Virus record (IMG/VR): IMGVR_UViG_3300015608_001846
Span: 30,001 to 62,000 of that record
Length of the DNA: 32,000 bases
From: a virus
Reading direction: 5' to 3' (one strand)
The translations under genes were made by a program, and so were the position numbers. The notes beneath the pieces were generated by a model. It had not been told where the DNA came from, did no database searches, and saw only the letters and a program-made list of their open reading frames with translations. Below are positions 1 through 8,739 of this stretch, piece after piece; position 1 is the first letter of the stretch, and the number at the start of each line of letters is the position of its first letter.

Positions 1-752
1 TTGGGTGACATCTTGGTGATACAGACGAGTCGAAAGGCCCGATCGTAGTCAGCGGCGGGTACCCGCAGGAAGCCCATGGACGTCGTCCCATTGATTGCTG
101 CGTACTTTCCCAGCACCTTGGAGGGCGCCAGTTCACGTTGCAACTCATTGCGAATGTGTTCGGGCAACGTGTTGTACAGCTTGCCAGCAGACACCTCGCC
201 GGTGTCAAAGGCTTCCCACATCGATTCATCTAACATCGCGTCTGTCGTTGACCTGATGATCGATCGCTTGACACGGCCGAACATTTTCATCCCAATTGCA
301 CCAACCTTGAAAGAGGCGATCGAACCCAAGTCAGTCGTCACCTCCCATGACTTGATCTCTTCGTTGAGTCCAGGTAGGTCACAGTCAAACTGCGTCGGAC
401 CATCGATGATCGAGTGTCGAGTCCTTAGAGCCTTTTCGCCGTAGCCTTCGTAGCTCAGCGTCGGTTGCTGGTTGAGCGTTCGTTCCTCATCTGTCCACAA
501 CGTGCCATCGCAGTCCATCAATACGGTCAACAGCTGGTGCAGCGTCAAGCGATTGGGATCTTGTATTCGTAACAACCTGCCATCGATCAACCTGATCTTC
601 GTCTTTGCTGTTGAACGCTGTCGCGAGGCGCCCTTGACGTTGGTCGCAGCCTCCAACGACTGGAGCGCTCGTTGCCGCTGCGCCAACAGCTCTACCTTGT
701 CACGTTCAATGAAGTCCTTGAAGGTCTGACACCGATGATAGGTGCACTCCAT
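1..752 (-). CDS. hypothetical protein; 3' end runs off the window start
   Basis: Not in the supplied track because it has no stop in the window. My minus-strand translation is open from ATG 752 (GGAGG 5 nt upstream; alternative in-frame ATG 764) down to position 3: MECTYHRCQTFKDFIERDKVELLAQRQ...GKYAAINGTTSMGFLRVPAADYD. Its amino-acid mix is ordinary, whereas the overlapping plus ORFs 76..444 and 472..729 are Ser/Cys/Arg-rich shadows. No family recognised. Confidence 0.55.
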   Translation of the reverse strand, partial: MECTYHRCQTFKDFIERDKVELLAQRQRALQSLEAATNVKGASRQRSTAKTKIRLIDGRLLRIQDPNRLTLHQLLTVLMDCDGTLWTDEERTLNQQPTLSYEGYGEKALRTRHSIIDGPTQFDCDLPGLNEEIKSWEVTTDLGSIASFKVGAIGMKMFGRVKRSIIRSTTDAMLDESMWEAFDTGEVSAGKLYNTLPEHIRNELQRELAPSKVLGKYAAINGTTSMGFLRVPAADYDRAFRLVCITKMSP

Positions 753-833
753 AGTACCCTCCATGACGCCAATAATATCCACTGTAGGAATGGTGTATTC
801 CCACCTCGACCGCTCACAGAATATTTTGAGTGG

Positions 834-3512
834 CTACTGTGGGCCTGAACCAAAGGTGGCGAGGATAAAGCGAGGACGACCTTGGGTCACCTTTTCGAAC
901 TTCAGAGCGTTGGCCAACTGGTCACGTGGGATTGCCATGAAGCCTTGTGGGTTGACGATGAAGACACCGTCGACCTGCGAAAAGACGTTGTCGATCTTGA
1001 TGCTCTGGAACCATTCGTTGAAGAACGCCCGCGGGTCGTCGAACGCCTTGTCCTTCAACGTCGCCATCGCGATGTCGATCTCTTCGAAGTCTGTTAAGAT
1101 GTCCTCGCGGCCGGTCGCCTTCTTGACACGCTTGGCCACGTCGATGAAGGTTGATTTGTCGACGCGGGTCTCCTTGTCGTTGAGTGCAACGCGGGTGTCG
1201 GGCTGTGCAACGTCCTTCTTGTCGGGATCGATGCGGTTCTTGATGTTGCTGACGATTGTCAACACTGACCTGAGGTCGATGAACTTTCCCTTGCTGACCT
1301 CGCCCTTGCTGACGATCATCTCATACTCGTCTTCAACGAATGACTTGACAAACTCGAGCTTCTTGGCGTCGTCAGGTGTCAGGGTATCGCTCAGTTTCAC
1401 CTTGTCACAGACGACAGTGAAGTTTTTCAACTGTTGCATGACGCTGTTCAACCGCCGCCTCGAGTGTTCGAAGGCCTTGAGTCCTTCGGTTCCCGGACGG
1501 ATCGTCTCTGACTTGCTGAGCAGTTGTTTGACCTCCCAGGCCGACCCATCGGTCATGACAACGTCGTATGAGACACTTCCGCCTTGCACCTGTCCGCCAA
1601 AGACGTACGCTAGCCATTCTTCACCGGGCCCGGTACCCATCGCTGCCTGCTCGTTATCATCGCCTGCCGCCTTCGAGCCGTACGACAGCTTCGTACGTTT
1701 GACCTGTGCGGGCCAGGCGTGCCACTTCATGAATGAGATCTTGTTGATGTCCAGGACGCCCTTCTTGTCCTTCGAAGGCAGCTGTTTATCGTCAGTCGTT
1801 CGAGCTCCCGATCCTCCACGCCGCTCTCGACGGTAGCCTCTGACCTCAGGGTTGTATGCAGCATAACGAGCTTCAGCCTTGTCAAGCAACTGCTCGAGCG
1901 TCTCTCGACGCTTGGCTGCCAAGGACGGACTGTAGTCGTACTCTGGCTGTGACTTCAGTTGCTTGCGCGCCTTTTCTTCACCGATGCCCTGCTTACGTAG
2001 CTGAGCAAACGCAGCATCAAAGGCTGCTTTCTTAGCGTTGTTCTCATCCCAGGCTGCGAGGGCCGCTTTCGCTTCCGCGTACTTGACACGAGCTTCCTCC
2101 TCAGCCCGTTCGAACTCAGCACCTACACCCGTCGTCCCGTCCCCCGTGGCCTCAGCTAGCAACGCATCAAACCTTGATGACTTGATGACGTCTTCGACTA
2201 ACTGCGCACGCACCGACTTGCGTAGGTACGATTCACGCAGCGTGTCCTTGGTCTTAGACCTGAGGGAACCTTCTCCCATGTCGAGCTTTGGGATGCCCGG
2301 GCGACCGTACTTGAAGAGGCCCAGGATCTGGTGCGCCGGCGCAAATGCTCCGGTGAACTTGTAGGCCTGGCCCTTGTAAAAGAAGACGATGCCCTCCATC
2401 GCTGCACCGATGTTCTCAACGCTGCCCAGCTTTTCCATCTGGCGCTTGAGGACCTCCATGGCAGCCTCGTTGCCGCTGGCTTCAATGGCGCTGATCGCCT
2501 TGGACACCTGGTCGCGGAGGCGCTGGACCTCCGCGTCTGAATTGGCAATCAACGTCGAGCTGAGGCCTTTCAGCGCCTCGATGGCAAACCTATGGATGAC
2601 GTGTTCGATGGGTGCAACGAGGCGCTGCATCAGCTTGTCAGCGCCCTTGATGAACGCTGAGATCTCAGCGTGCTGTTCCTTCGGCGTCACCTTCTTGATG
2701 TCATTGACACTGGGAGCTCCCGGAGCTCCGATAGCCCTTTCAACGACAGCGACAGAGCCAGCTCGATCGAGCTTAAGCGAGCTGACCTCACGTGCGACCA
2801 TCGAACGCAGGTAGTCATAGATGTTGTTGTCGTCAGAGACGCCGGCCCGAGACATCACCGCGTCGAGGTCCGACAGCGCCTGCTGCACGATCGAACCGTC
2901 AGAGATCTTTTTGATGTTAAGAAGTGAGGGGCCCTTGACCCGCCAGTCCTTGGCCTTGACCGATTTTTGCATGTTGTCGATGTTGGTCGCTAGCAGGTCG
3001 ACACCCTCGACGTCGTTGACGTTTGTGACCTTACCCGCAGCATCGACGTCCAGGACGGGTGACTGGTGGAAGACGACGCTGTTGCTGTCGTAGTTGATCG
3101 TTCCCGGATTGGCCGTGTAGATGACCTCGACAGAGTACCAACGCGATCCATCGTGGAAGACCTGCTTACGTAGGCTAGGAGGTAGTGTCACGACGGCCTG
3201 GCGCAGGACGTCAAAGGCTTGGTTGAAGGCATCCTCCACGTTTCCTCGTCCGAAGAACTTCTTGGCCAGCCCGGCGGCGTCCATGCCGCCGCCCTTGATG
3301 TCACCACCGTTACGAGCGACACGAAGCTCCTTTCCAACGAAGGTGAACATGATGTTCATCCCATCAAGCTTCTCAGAGACCTTCTCCAGCTTGCCTTCAG
3401 CGGCTGACTTGATGACGTCTTTCAACTCAGCAAACGTCAACTCGCGGTTGTCATAGAGGTGCTGGAGGTGGCCCGCGGCGCCGCCTTCTTCGATGATGTT
3501 AAGTTGTTTCAT
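834..3512 (-). CDS. RNA-ligase-like nucleotidyltransferase, helical linker, PD-(D/E)xK-like nuclease domain (fusion protein)
   Basis: 892 aa, ATG 3512. The N-terminal ~400 aa carries covalent nucleotidyltransferase motifs in order: I SEKLDGMN (KxDGxN), Ia RVARNG, IV EGIVFFY, V AYKFTG, an Rnl2-style RNA ligase pattern. An Ala/Lys/Glu-rich helical linker follows. The C-terminal ~290 aa has GPGEEWLA...SYDVVMTDGSAWEVKQL, a D-x(n)-E-x-K signature. Motifs read by eye only. Confidence 0.5.
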   Translation of the reverse strand: MKQLNIIEEGGAAGHLQHLYDNRELTFAELKDVIKSAAEGKLEKVSEKLDGMNIMFTFVGKELRVARNGGDIKGGGMDAAGLAKKFFGRGNVEDAFNQAFDVLRQAVVTLPPSLRKQVFHDGSRWYSVEVIYTANPGTINYDSNSVVFHQSPVLDVDAAGKVTNVNDVEGVDLLATNIDNMQKSVKAKDWRVKGPSLLNIKKISDGSIVQQALSDLDAVMSRAGVSDDNNIYDYLRSMVAREVSSLKLDRAGSVAVVERAIGAPGAPSVNDIKKVTPKEQHAEISAFIKGADKLMQRLVAPIEHVIHRFAIEALKGLSSTLIANSDAEVQRLRDQVSKAISAIEASGNEAAMEVLKRQMEKLGSVENIGAAMEGIVFFYKGQAYKFTGAFAPAHQILGLFKYGRPGIPKLDMGEGSLRSKTKDTLRESYLRKSVRAQLVEDVIKSSRFDALLAEATGDGTTGVGAEFERAEEEARVKYAEAKAALAAWDENNAKKAAFDAAFAQLRKQGIGEEKARKQLKSQPEYDYSPSLAAKRRETLEQLLDKAEARYAAYNPEVRGYRRERRGGSGARTTDDKQLPSKDKKGVLDINKISFMKWHAWPAQVKRTKLSYGSKAAGDDNEQAAMGTGPGEEWLAYVFGGQVQGGSVSYDVVMTDGSAWEVKQLLSKSETIRPGTEGLKAFEHSRRRLNSVMQQLKNFTVVCDKVKLSDTLTPDDAKKLEFVKSFVEDEYEMIVSKGEVSKGKFIDLRSVLTIVSNIKNRIDPDKKDVAQPDTRVALNDKETRVDKSTFIDVAKRVKKATGREDILTDFEEIDIAMATLKDKAFDDPRAFFNEWFQSIKIDNVFSQVDGVFIVNPQGFMAIPRDQLANALKFEKVTQGRPRFILATFGSGPQ

Positions 3513-3521
3513 TAATGAAAT

Positions 3522-4730
3522 TCAACTTTCGTAGATGTTAACCAGGGGTCGAGGTTGATTAGCTGCCTCGACCTCGTCTGCGAGGCGTCGTGCGACGTCG
3601 TCTTGCCAGGATTCGAGTTGATTGCGCGGTGCATGTGTCTTGAACGACAGAACGTATTCAGCGTAGTACGACCACGAAGCCCCCTGGTCATGATCGATCT
3701 TCGTGAGAGACACGTTCGAGTGCCCAAACAGTTCCTCTGCAGTGCCCAACAAGATGTCATCGAACCCATCTTTGACATCTTGTTCCAGTGGCCCACGTTC
3801 ATTTTTCGAAGCGTCATGACGATAATAGACGTGCACCCTGAATTGGTACTTGACCCTGTTCTTTTTGGGAGGACGCTTGCCTGGAGCGATGGGCTTCCAG
3901 AACGTCGGGGTCATCCAGCGTCCTTCGATCCATCCGGGCATGTCATCAAGTTCGACAGGAAACCAGTCCGTATCGCCCACCTGTTGCAGCTTGTCGCCGA
4001 CGACAAGCAATGAATTGATGTCAACGTGTCCGAGGAGCTCATCGCCTCCAGGCGTTCCGAACAACTTGATCGGCAGGACGTCCTTGCCTGGTCTTAAGAC
4101 CCATGTCGTGCCGGCTTGCATCAATCGAGTGGTTCTCGTATCAAGAATCTTGTTCCTGTATTTCTTGATCGCATCGATGACCTGTGTTGGACTAAGGCTA
4201 CCCCGAGCGATGACGCTCTGGATGTCATGATGCGTCTTGTTTCCTACCGTGCCGACCCTGACCTGATCGACATCAGGATGGTATATGAAAAACTTTCTGT
4301 CTAGATCTCCATCGTTCCAAACGTACGTTTGGTTCTTCAACTGTCTGGGTGTCGAGATCAGATCAAATCCCAAATCTGTCAACAGCGATTCGTACGCTTC
4401 AACGTTGGGATAATTGACCTCACGCAGGATGTCAACAGACTCGTGGACGCTTTTCAGACGATCGTTGGCGCGCCTTGCGCTAGCAAGTTCTGCCCTCAGT
4501 TTGTTTAGCAACCTGGCATAGTTTGCTCGAGCCTCTGACCCTCGACGCTGGCGGTCGCGCCAACGCGTGAGGTCAGCGATCCTGGCCTCGAGGTCCTCGA
4601 TGTGCCTAGGCGATCCGTGAGGAACACGTGAACCGTCAGACACGTGCGTCTCTCTGACCCGCTTGAGTTCTTCGATCCGTTGCTGAACCAAGTCACGGAT
4701 GCACTCTCTGACGATCGTTAACGTGGTCAT
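3522..4730 (-). CDS. hypothetical protein
   Basis: 402 aa. ATG 4730 overlaps the upstream stop (ATGA). It has an Arg/Glu-rich helical N-terminal third (RIEELKRVRE, LRAELASARRANDRLK) and a beta-rich remainder. No family recognised. Confidence 0.7.
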   Translation of the reverse strand: MTTLTIVRECIRDLVQQRIEELKRVRETHVSDGSRVPHGSPRHIEDLEARIADLTRWRDRQRRGSEARANYARLLNKLRAELASARRANDRLKSVHESVDILREVNYPNVEAYESLLTDLGFDLISTPRQLKNQTYVWNDGDLDRKFFIYHPDVDQVRVGTVGNKTHHDIQSVIARGSLSPTQVIDAIKKYRNKILDTRTTRLMQAGTTWVLRPGKDVLPIKLFGTPGGDELLGHVDINSLLVVGDKLQQVGDTDWFPVELDDMPGWIEGRWMTPTFWKPIAPGKRPPKKNRVKYQFRVHVYYRHDASKNERGPLEQDVKDGFDDILLGTAEELFGHSNVSLTKIDHDQGASWSYYAEYVLSFKTHAPRNQLESWQDDVARRLADEVEAANQPRPLVNIYES

Positions 4731-4921
4731 CGGTTGCTGACCTCGACCCGATCGACAGCGTTAGAGAGCGCTCCAAAGATGAACATCCTGACGTGGTCGT
4801 CATCGATCGGCGCCGAAGGCGGGATGTTGAACTGTTGTCGCACACGATCGCCAAATTGAGGCGTCATTTGGATCTCAAGGACTAGTCCTTTCGGAAGCAA
4901 GATGTTCCGTGTCTCCATCAT
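4727..4921 (-). CDS. small hypothetical protein
   Basis: 64 aa. ATGA stop-start overlaps on both sides tie it into the operon. No family recognised. Confidence 0.5.
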   Translation of the reverse strand: MMETRNILLPKGLVLEIQMTPQFGDRVRQQFNIPPSAPIDDDHVRMFIFGALSNAVDRVEVSNR

Positions 4922-5553
4922 TTCCTCTTAGGCGTGATCGGAACGGGTCCCGAGGTGTCCTCGCTGCCGGCCTTGTTGTTCGCTGGCCGGTCGTGAGACG
5001 TCTTTTTGATGATGTTCGGTTGGATCGTCTTCTGACGAACGTCCGGCCCTTTCTTCATGTGAACGTCTGACGGGTTGCTGTCGGGTTCGACGGCCTGTTG
5101 GGCCGGGATCTCGCCGGTGACAATCTGGGCGATCCCCTTGAGAAAGGCAAACAATGCGGTGCGCTCGGCGACGGACAAGCTGCTGACGTACTCTTCCATC
5201 GCGGGGCCGACAGCGCTGTCCTTGAAGGACCGACCGCTGCGGATGGAATTGAGCTTTTCAATGACGTCCTTGGGTTCAACGTCGCCCTGCTCAAGCTTCT
5301 TCTTCTCGTCGTCGCCCGTCTTGGACGTCTGTTGCACGTCGGTGTCACTCGATGCATCACTCGAGCCTTCATCGTCCCCAAAAAGACCTACACCACCTTC
5401 ATCATCTGATGAATTGTCTGTGTTGCCAGTAGCAGCCTGCTTTTCCTTTTCTTGCAGACCCTTGCGGTGAAGGCTCGACTTGACGCCTTCCTCGAACAAT
5501 GCAGCTACGAGGCCCGCTAGGCTCTTGCCACCCGTGATGATGCTCGAGCTCAT
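4918..5553 (-). CDS. acidic low-complexity hypothetical protein
   Basis: 211 aa. The centre is Ser/Asp/Glu/Gly-rich (SSDDEGGVGLFGDDEGSSDASSDTD) and the C-terminus is basic (PITPKRK). ATGA coupling with both neighbours. Confidence 0.65.
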   Translation of the reverse strand: MSSSIITGGKSLAGLVAALFEEGVKSSLHRKGLQEKEKQAATGNTDNSSDDEGGVGLFGDDEGSSDASSDTDVQQTSKTGDDEKKKLEQGDVEPKDVIEKLNSIRSGRSFKDSAVGPAMEEYVSSLSVAERTALFAFLKGIAQIVTGEIPAQQAVEPDSNPSDVHMKKGPDVRQKTIQPNIIKKTSHDRPANNKAGSEDTSGPVPITPKRK

Positions 5554-5999
5554 CGCTTGCCTCCGTTGACGACGATCCTACCCAGTGGGCGTTCCTGGCG
5601 GCGCATCTGACGGATCCGTTGCGGGTGATCGATCTTTTCATCGATCGTCCTCCGCCTCGACTCGACCATCACGATCCTGTCCATGAACTTATCAAACGAC
5701 GTCGACTCAGCCTGAGTAGCAGCCAGCTGATCTTCATGCTTTGCAACCTCACGCGCATGACAAGCCTGGCACAGGTTATTGTTTGGGCCGAACAGAATTG
5801 AACTTACGCCGTGACCGTGGGTCTCCGCGCCGCAGATGTCACAATTGTCGGTGGTCTCATCCTCGAACTCACCTAGGTCACTGTGTTCCCTGTGCCAGGC
5901 AACTGCCTCCGCCTGTTCATACGAGTGATCGAACCCACAGTCACCGCACGGTTCGTAGTCAGCGATCGGCTTTTCGTTGTTTTCTGTCTCTGTTTTCAT
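5550..5999 (-). CDS. Cys-rich (probable zinc-binding) hypothetical protein
   Basis: 149 aa, ATG 5999. Three Cys pairs (CGDCG, CDICG, CQACH) and a basic C-terminal tail. Confidence 0.6.
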   Translation of the reverse strand: MKTETENNEKPIADYEPCGDCGFDHSYEQAEAVAWHREHSDLGEFEDETTDNCDICGAETHGHGVSSILFGPNNNLCQACHAREVAKHEDQLAATQAESTSFDKFMDRIVMVESRRRTIDEKIDHPQRIRQMRRQERPLGRIVVNGGKR

Positions 6000-6103
6000 T
6001 GTGACATCTTTCTAATCGCTTCGACGGTTACCAACTGTGTCACATCTGTCAACTGTGACAGGATTATTCAAGGTTAATTATGGAACCACCGTTGACAAGC
6101 CAA
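6000..6103 (-). promoter_or_regulatory. intergenic region with TGTGACA/TGTCACA repeats and a hairpin; possible operator or promoter region
   Basis: This 104-nt gap is one of the few non-coding stretches. TGTGACA occurs at 6000..6006 and 6054..6060, and its complement TGTCACA at 6038..6044. A hairpin CTGTCA-ACTG-TGACAG spans 6046..6061. The minus strand reads TTGACA at the complement of 6047..6052, but I find no convincing -10. Confidence 0.25.
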
Positions 6104-6520
6104 TCAAGAGCGTTTTGTTCTGTTGAGGTGCAACGCAATCACACACATCTGGTCCCTGACATCGATTTCCTGGATCCTAGCAGCCTTTACTGTAAAGGGG
6201 CCGACCAGGTTGACGATGCGCGTCCCGTGATGGAGCTCAAAGCAGTCAAACGTCTGCTTGTCAGCCTGTACCAGGTCAAACGCATCTGACAGTTCAACAC
6301 GGAACTCGATCTCAGGTTCGATGTCAAACAACACCGTCCGAAGGATCCCTGTCATCGGGTTCAATTGCCCAGCCAAACGACGGGCAGCGACGACGGTGAC
6401 ATAGCGGTGAGCCAGGTCATCAACATCATCTGCGTTGTCGAGGTCTAGGACCTGGCCACGCAACGTATCACTCATCAAGATCCGTGAAGGGTCAGCTTTC
6501 ATCTCCATAACAGCTGACAC
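6104..6520 (-). CDS. hypothetical protein
   Basis: 138 aa from the track start GTG 6520; in-frame ATGs at 6508 and 6502. No family recognised. Confidence 0.6.
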   Translation of the reverse strand: MSAVMEMKADPSRILMSDTLRGQVLDLDNADDVDDLAHRYVTVVAARRLAGQLNPMTGILRTVLFDIEPEIEFRVELSDAFDLVQADKQTFDCFELHHGTRIVNLVGPFTVKAARIQEIDVRDQMCVIALHLNRTKRS

Positions 6521-6881
6521 TATAAACTACGTCTTTATAGAGGACATCTGCGAAGGTTGCGTAGTCCTTGTCGCTCTCAGTGACCTTCTGCAGTTCCTTC
6601 GTCGAGAGTTTCACTGTCACCCGGTCGTGGTCGATGGCGATGCGAGCGTGGTGTTGGGTATCACGTTCATATGCCAACAGTTCAGTGATGAACGTCTCCC
6701 TGTCGTTGATGCGACGAAATTGAAACGTTTTTGTCAACGACCCTTCGTCCTTTGCCCACCGATCTGTAGCAACGAGGGGCACCTCGGGTTGTTGCTGCGG
6801 AGTGATTGGCAGCCGGCCCAGGGCCATGGGACGTTGAGCATTCTTGATGAACGATTCGTGCAACGTTTTGAGGCTCTTCAT
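6492..6881 (-). CDS. pterin-4a-carbinolamine dehydratase (PCD/DCoH)-like protein
   Basis: 129 aa from ATG 6881 (GAGGG 5 nt upstream; track start is GTG 6893). RWAKDEGSLTKTFQFRRINDRETFITELLAYERDTQHHARIAIDHDRVTVKLSTKE follows the PCD pattern W..eg..l.k.F.F....f.......e...HHP.....y..v.v.LsT, with HHA in place of HHP. Confidence 0.6.
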   Translation of the reverse strand: MKSLKTLHESFIKNAQRPMALGRLPITPQQQPEVPLVATDRWAKDEGSLTKTFQFRRINDRETFITELLAYERDTQHHARIAIDHDRVTVKLSTKELQKVTESDKDYATFADVLYKDVVYSVSCYGDES

Positions 6882-6889
6882 CCTCACCC

Positions 6890-7642
6890 TCACAATACGA
6901 TACCGCCGACAACAGCGGCTTCGGTGAAGCTGGAACCATTTGTCCAGATCCTACGATCGCGGTCGATGATCGCAGAGCCGCCCTTCCACGTCAGGTCACG
7001 TTCCTTGCCAACGCGGTTGCTGACGATCAGGTTGGCTCGAGTCTCTTCTACGAGCTCAACCCAAGCTGCGTCGGGGTACGCGTACATCTCGCCCCAGTTG
7101 GTGCACAGTGCAATCGTGTCAACGCTGCCTCGTTTGTAGAAGCGATGACCGGGTCGGTAGAACTGGTACGACTCTCGGTAGCGGTTCATGGCGTCGCGGC
7201 AGACGAGGACGCCTAACCTGCCGGCGGCTGTCAACACGACGGGTGCCAGCTGTTCAGAAGGTTGGGCCCACAGGTTGTCAGCGCCGAACAGGTTGTGCTT
7301 TTGGGCGTTGGCCTCGAGGCCCCGGGGTCCGACGACTGCTGCGGAGTTATAGAGGTTGCCCTCAGTAAGCTCTACGTAACCAAAGACGACGTGGCTGTTG
7401 AACTGCCGTGCGATGGCAGCGAATGCTTGGGTCTGGTAACCATCGCGAGCCTGCGCGCAGGCTACCGCCTCGCGCGGCCCGTGCAGTGCATAGCCGCTAA
7501 GACACAGCTCAGGCAACACGACGACCCGAGCTCCCTTGGCACAGGCCTCAAACGTCAGTTGGAGCGCTGTTGCCATGTTCTGCTCGACCTCAAGCAGGTG
7601 AGGAGCGAACTGGACGGCGGCGACGATGGCGGGTTGTTGCAT
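6890..7642 (-). CDS. carbon-nitrogen hydrolase (nitrilase superfamily)
   Basis: 250 aa from ATG 7642 (TGATG overlap with the upstream stop; track start GTG 7645). The Glu-Lys-Cys triad sits in its usual contexts: VVVLPELCLSGY, AQKHNLFG, RLGVLVCRDAM. Confidence 0.8.
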   Translation of the reverse strand: MQQPAIVAAVQFAPHLLEVEQNMATALQLTFEACAKGARVVVLPELCLSGYALHGPREAVACAQARDGYQTQAFAAIARQFNSHVVFGYVELTEGNLYNSAAVVGPRGLEANAQKHNLFGADNLWAQPSEQLAPVVLTAAGRLGVLVCRDAMNRYRESYQFYRPGHRFYKRGSVDTIALCTNWGEMYAYPDAAWVELVEETRANLIVSNRVGKERDLTWKGGSAIIDRDRRIWTNGSSFTEAAVVGGIVL

Positions 7643-8739
7643 CACGACCTTTTGATCAAGCGCACTCGTTCACGCGAGCCCAGGCAAAGGTGACCGTCTG
7701 GACCCTTGTGTTCCTTGATCACCACCTTGTCAGTCGTCTTGACGACCCCGACGCTTTCTTTGCACAGACGACACTGTGCACGTCGACCCACTGATTCCGT
7801 GTGGGTTTTCTTGACGGGAGGGGTCGGCTGCCCAACGTCCATCTTCAGCGTCTCGCTATCACCATCAGCTTCACCCAACGGGTCCTCCAACTGTTGGTCG
7901 CTCTTGCGAGCTCGCTTGATGTGGGTATGCAGGAATTCACGGAAACCATCAAGGTCACGGACGATGTCCGGGTGGTCCTTCATCAATTGCACGTCAGCAG
8001 CTGTCAGCTCACCAGACTTGGACAGCAGCTTGATGTAGTCGTTCATCGCAGTCAACACCAGGATCTCGACCTCATCGGGATCCTCCAGTTGCATCTTACC
8101 GATCCACTGCGCCTTCAACAAGGCCTTGTCGACCGCCTGCTTGGCGCCGGCGACAGAAAATCCAAGCTCTTGAGCGATCTCCTCGAATGAGGAACCACCG
8201 ACGTCATTCATGTTACCGATGGCTGTTGACTTGTAGGCCCGGCCCTTCTTGGGCTCGTCGTCATCATCGTCATCATCCTCAATGCCACTCATGTCAGGTT
8301 CAATCCCGGAGTACGACATGTCTGATCGCAAGCCGATCTCGGCCAACGTCTTACGAATGGAACGGCGAATCGTCTCTTCGGTCACCGGCTTGTTGCTGTC
8401 TGCGATCTTCTTCATCTCGTCCTCTGCCTGTTGCGTTTCTGCTTTGTTCTCAATGTCATCAATGACGCCCTTGATGGCATCATACAGCTTCGGCACTCGT
8501 TCATTTGGAATGCCCTTGACCATGTTGCGAAACGTGACGTCGAGCTCTTGCTGCGTCTTCGGAACAAAGTCTGGATTGATTGGGTCAGTTTCATACGCCG
8601 ACGGGTCAACGACAGGATTTACATTGACGGGTTCTTCTTCGGGCACAGTGAGATCTCCCAAGTGACCACCGTCGAGCGCGCTTCGAACAAACTCACGCAA
8701 CGCGTTGTGACTGACGACGACACCTTTCATTGGTATCAC
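7642..8739 (-). CDS. hypothetical protein with sigma-70 region-4-like HTH, poly-Asp tract and C-terminal Cys/His cluster
   Basis: 365 aa from GTG 8739, or 362 aa from ATG 8730. SSFEEIAQELGFSVAGAKQAVDKALLKAQ resembles sigma region 4.2. The protein also has an EDDDDDDDEPKK tract and a C-terminal CRLCKESVG...HKGPDGHLC cluster. Confidence 0.45.
   Translation of the reverse strand: MIPMKGVVVSHNALREFVRSALDGGHLGDLTVPEEEPVNVNPVVDPSAYETDPINPDFVPKTQQELDVTFRNMVKGIPNERVPKLYDAIKGVIDDIENKAETQQAEDEMKKIADSNKPVTEETIRRSIRKTLAEIGLRSDMSYSGIEPDMSGIEDDDDDDDEPKKGRAYKSTAIGNMNDVGGSSFEEIAQELGFSVAGAKQAVDKALLKAQWIGKMQLEDPDEVEILVLTAMNDYIKLLSKSGELTAADVQLMKDHPDIVRDLDGFREFLHTHIKRARKSDQQLEDPLGEADGDSETLKMDVGQPTPPVKKTHTESVGRRAQCRLCKESVGVVKTTDKVVIKEHKGPDGHLCLGSRERVRLIKRS

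Noticed and set aside
765-836. The TAG stop of the 892-aa ORF is in the same frame as the next ORF, with no further stop for 23 codons. This raised the possibility of amber read-through or a recoded fusion.
   Set aside because: Same-frame neighbours with a short stop-free spacer arise easily by chance. The downstream ORF has its own GGAGG + ATG at 752, and nothing else in the window suggests TAG reassignment, since other genes end in TAG-free contexts normally.
742-1836. Long plus-strand ORF (364 aa), together with all other plus-strand ORFs in the track (for example 76..444, 2389..2814, 6435..7139, 8431..9084, 11132..11599).
   Set aside because: Each lies antisense to a minus-strand ORF that carries recognisable motifs or operon coupling. 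Their translations are Ser/Arg/Cys/Leu-rich with no motifs, as expected for shadow frames.
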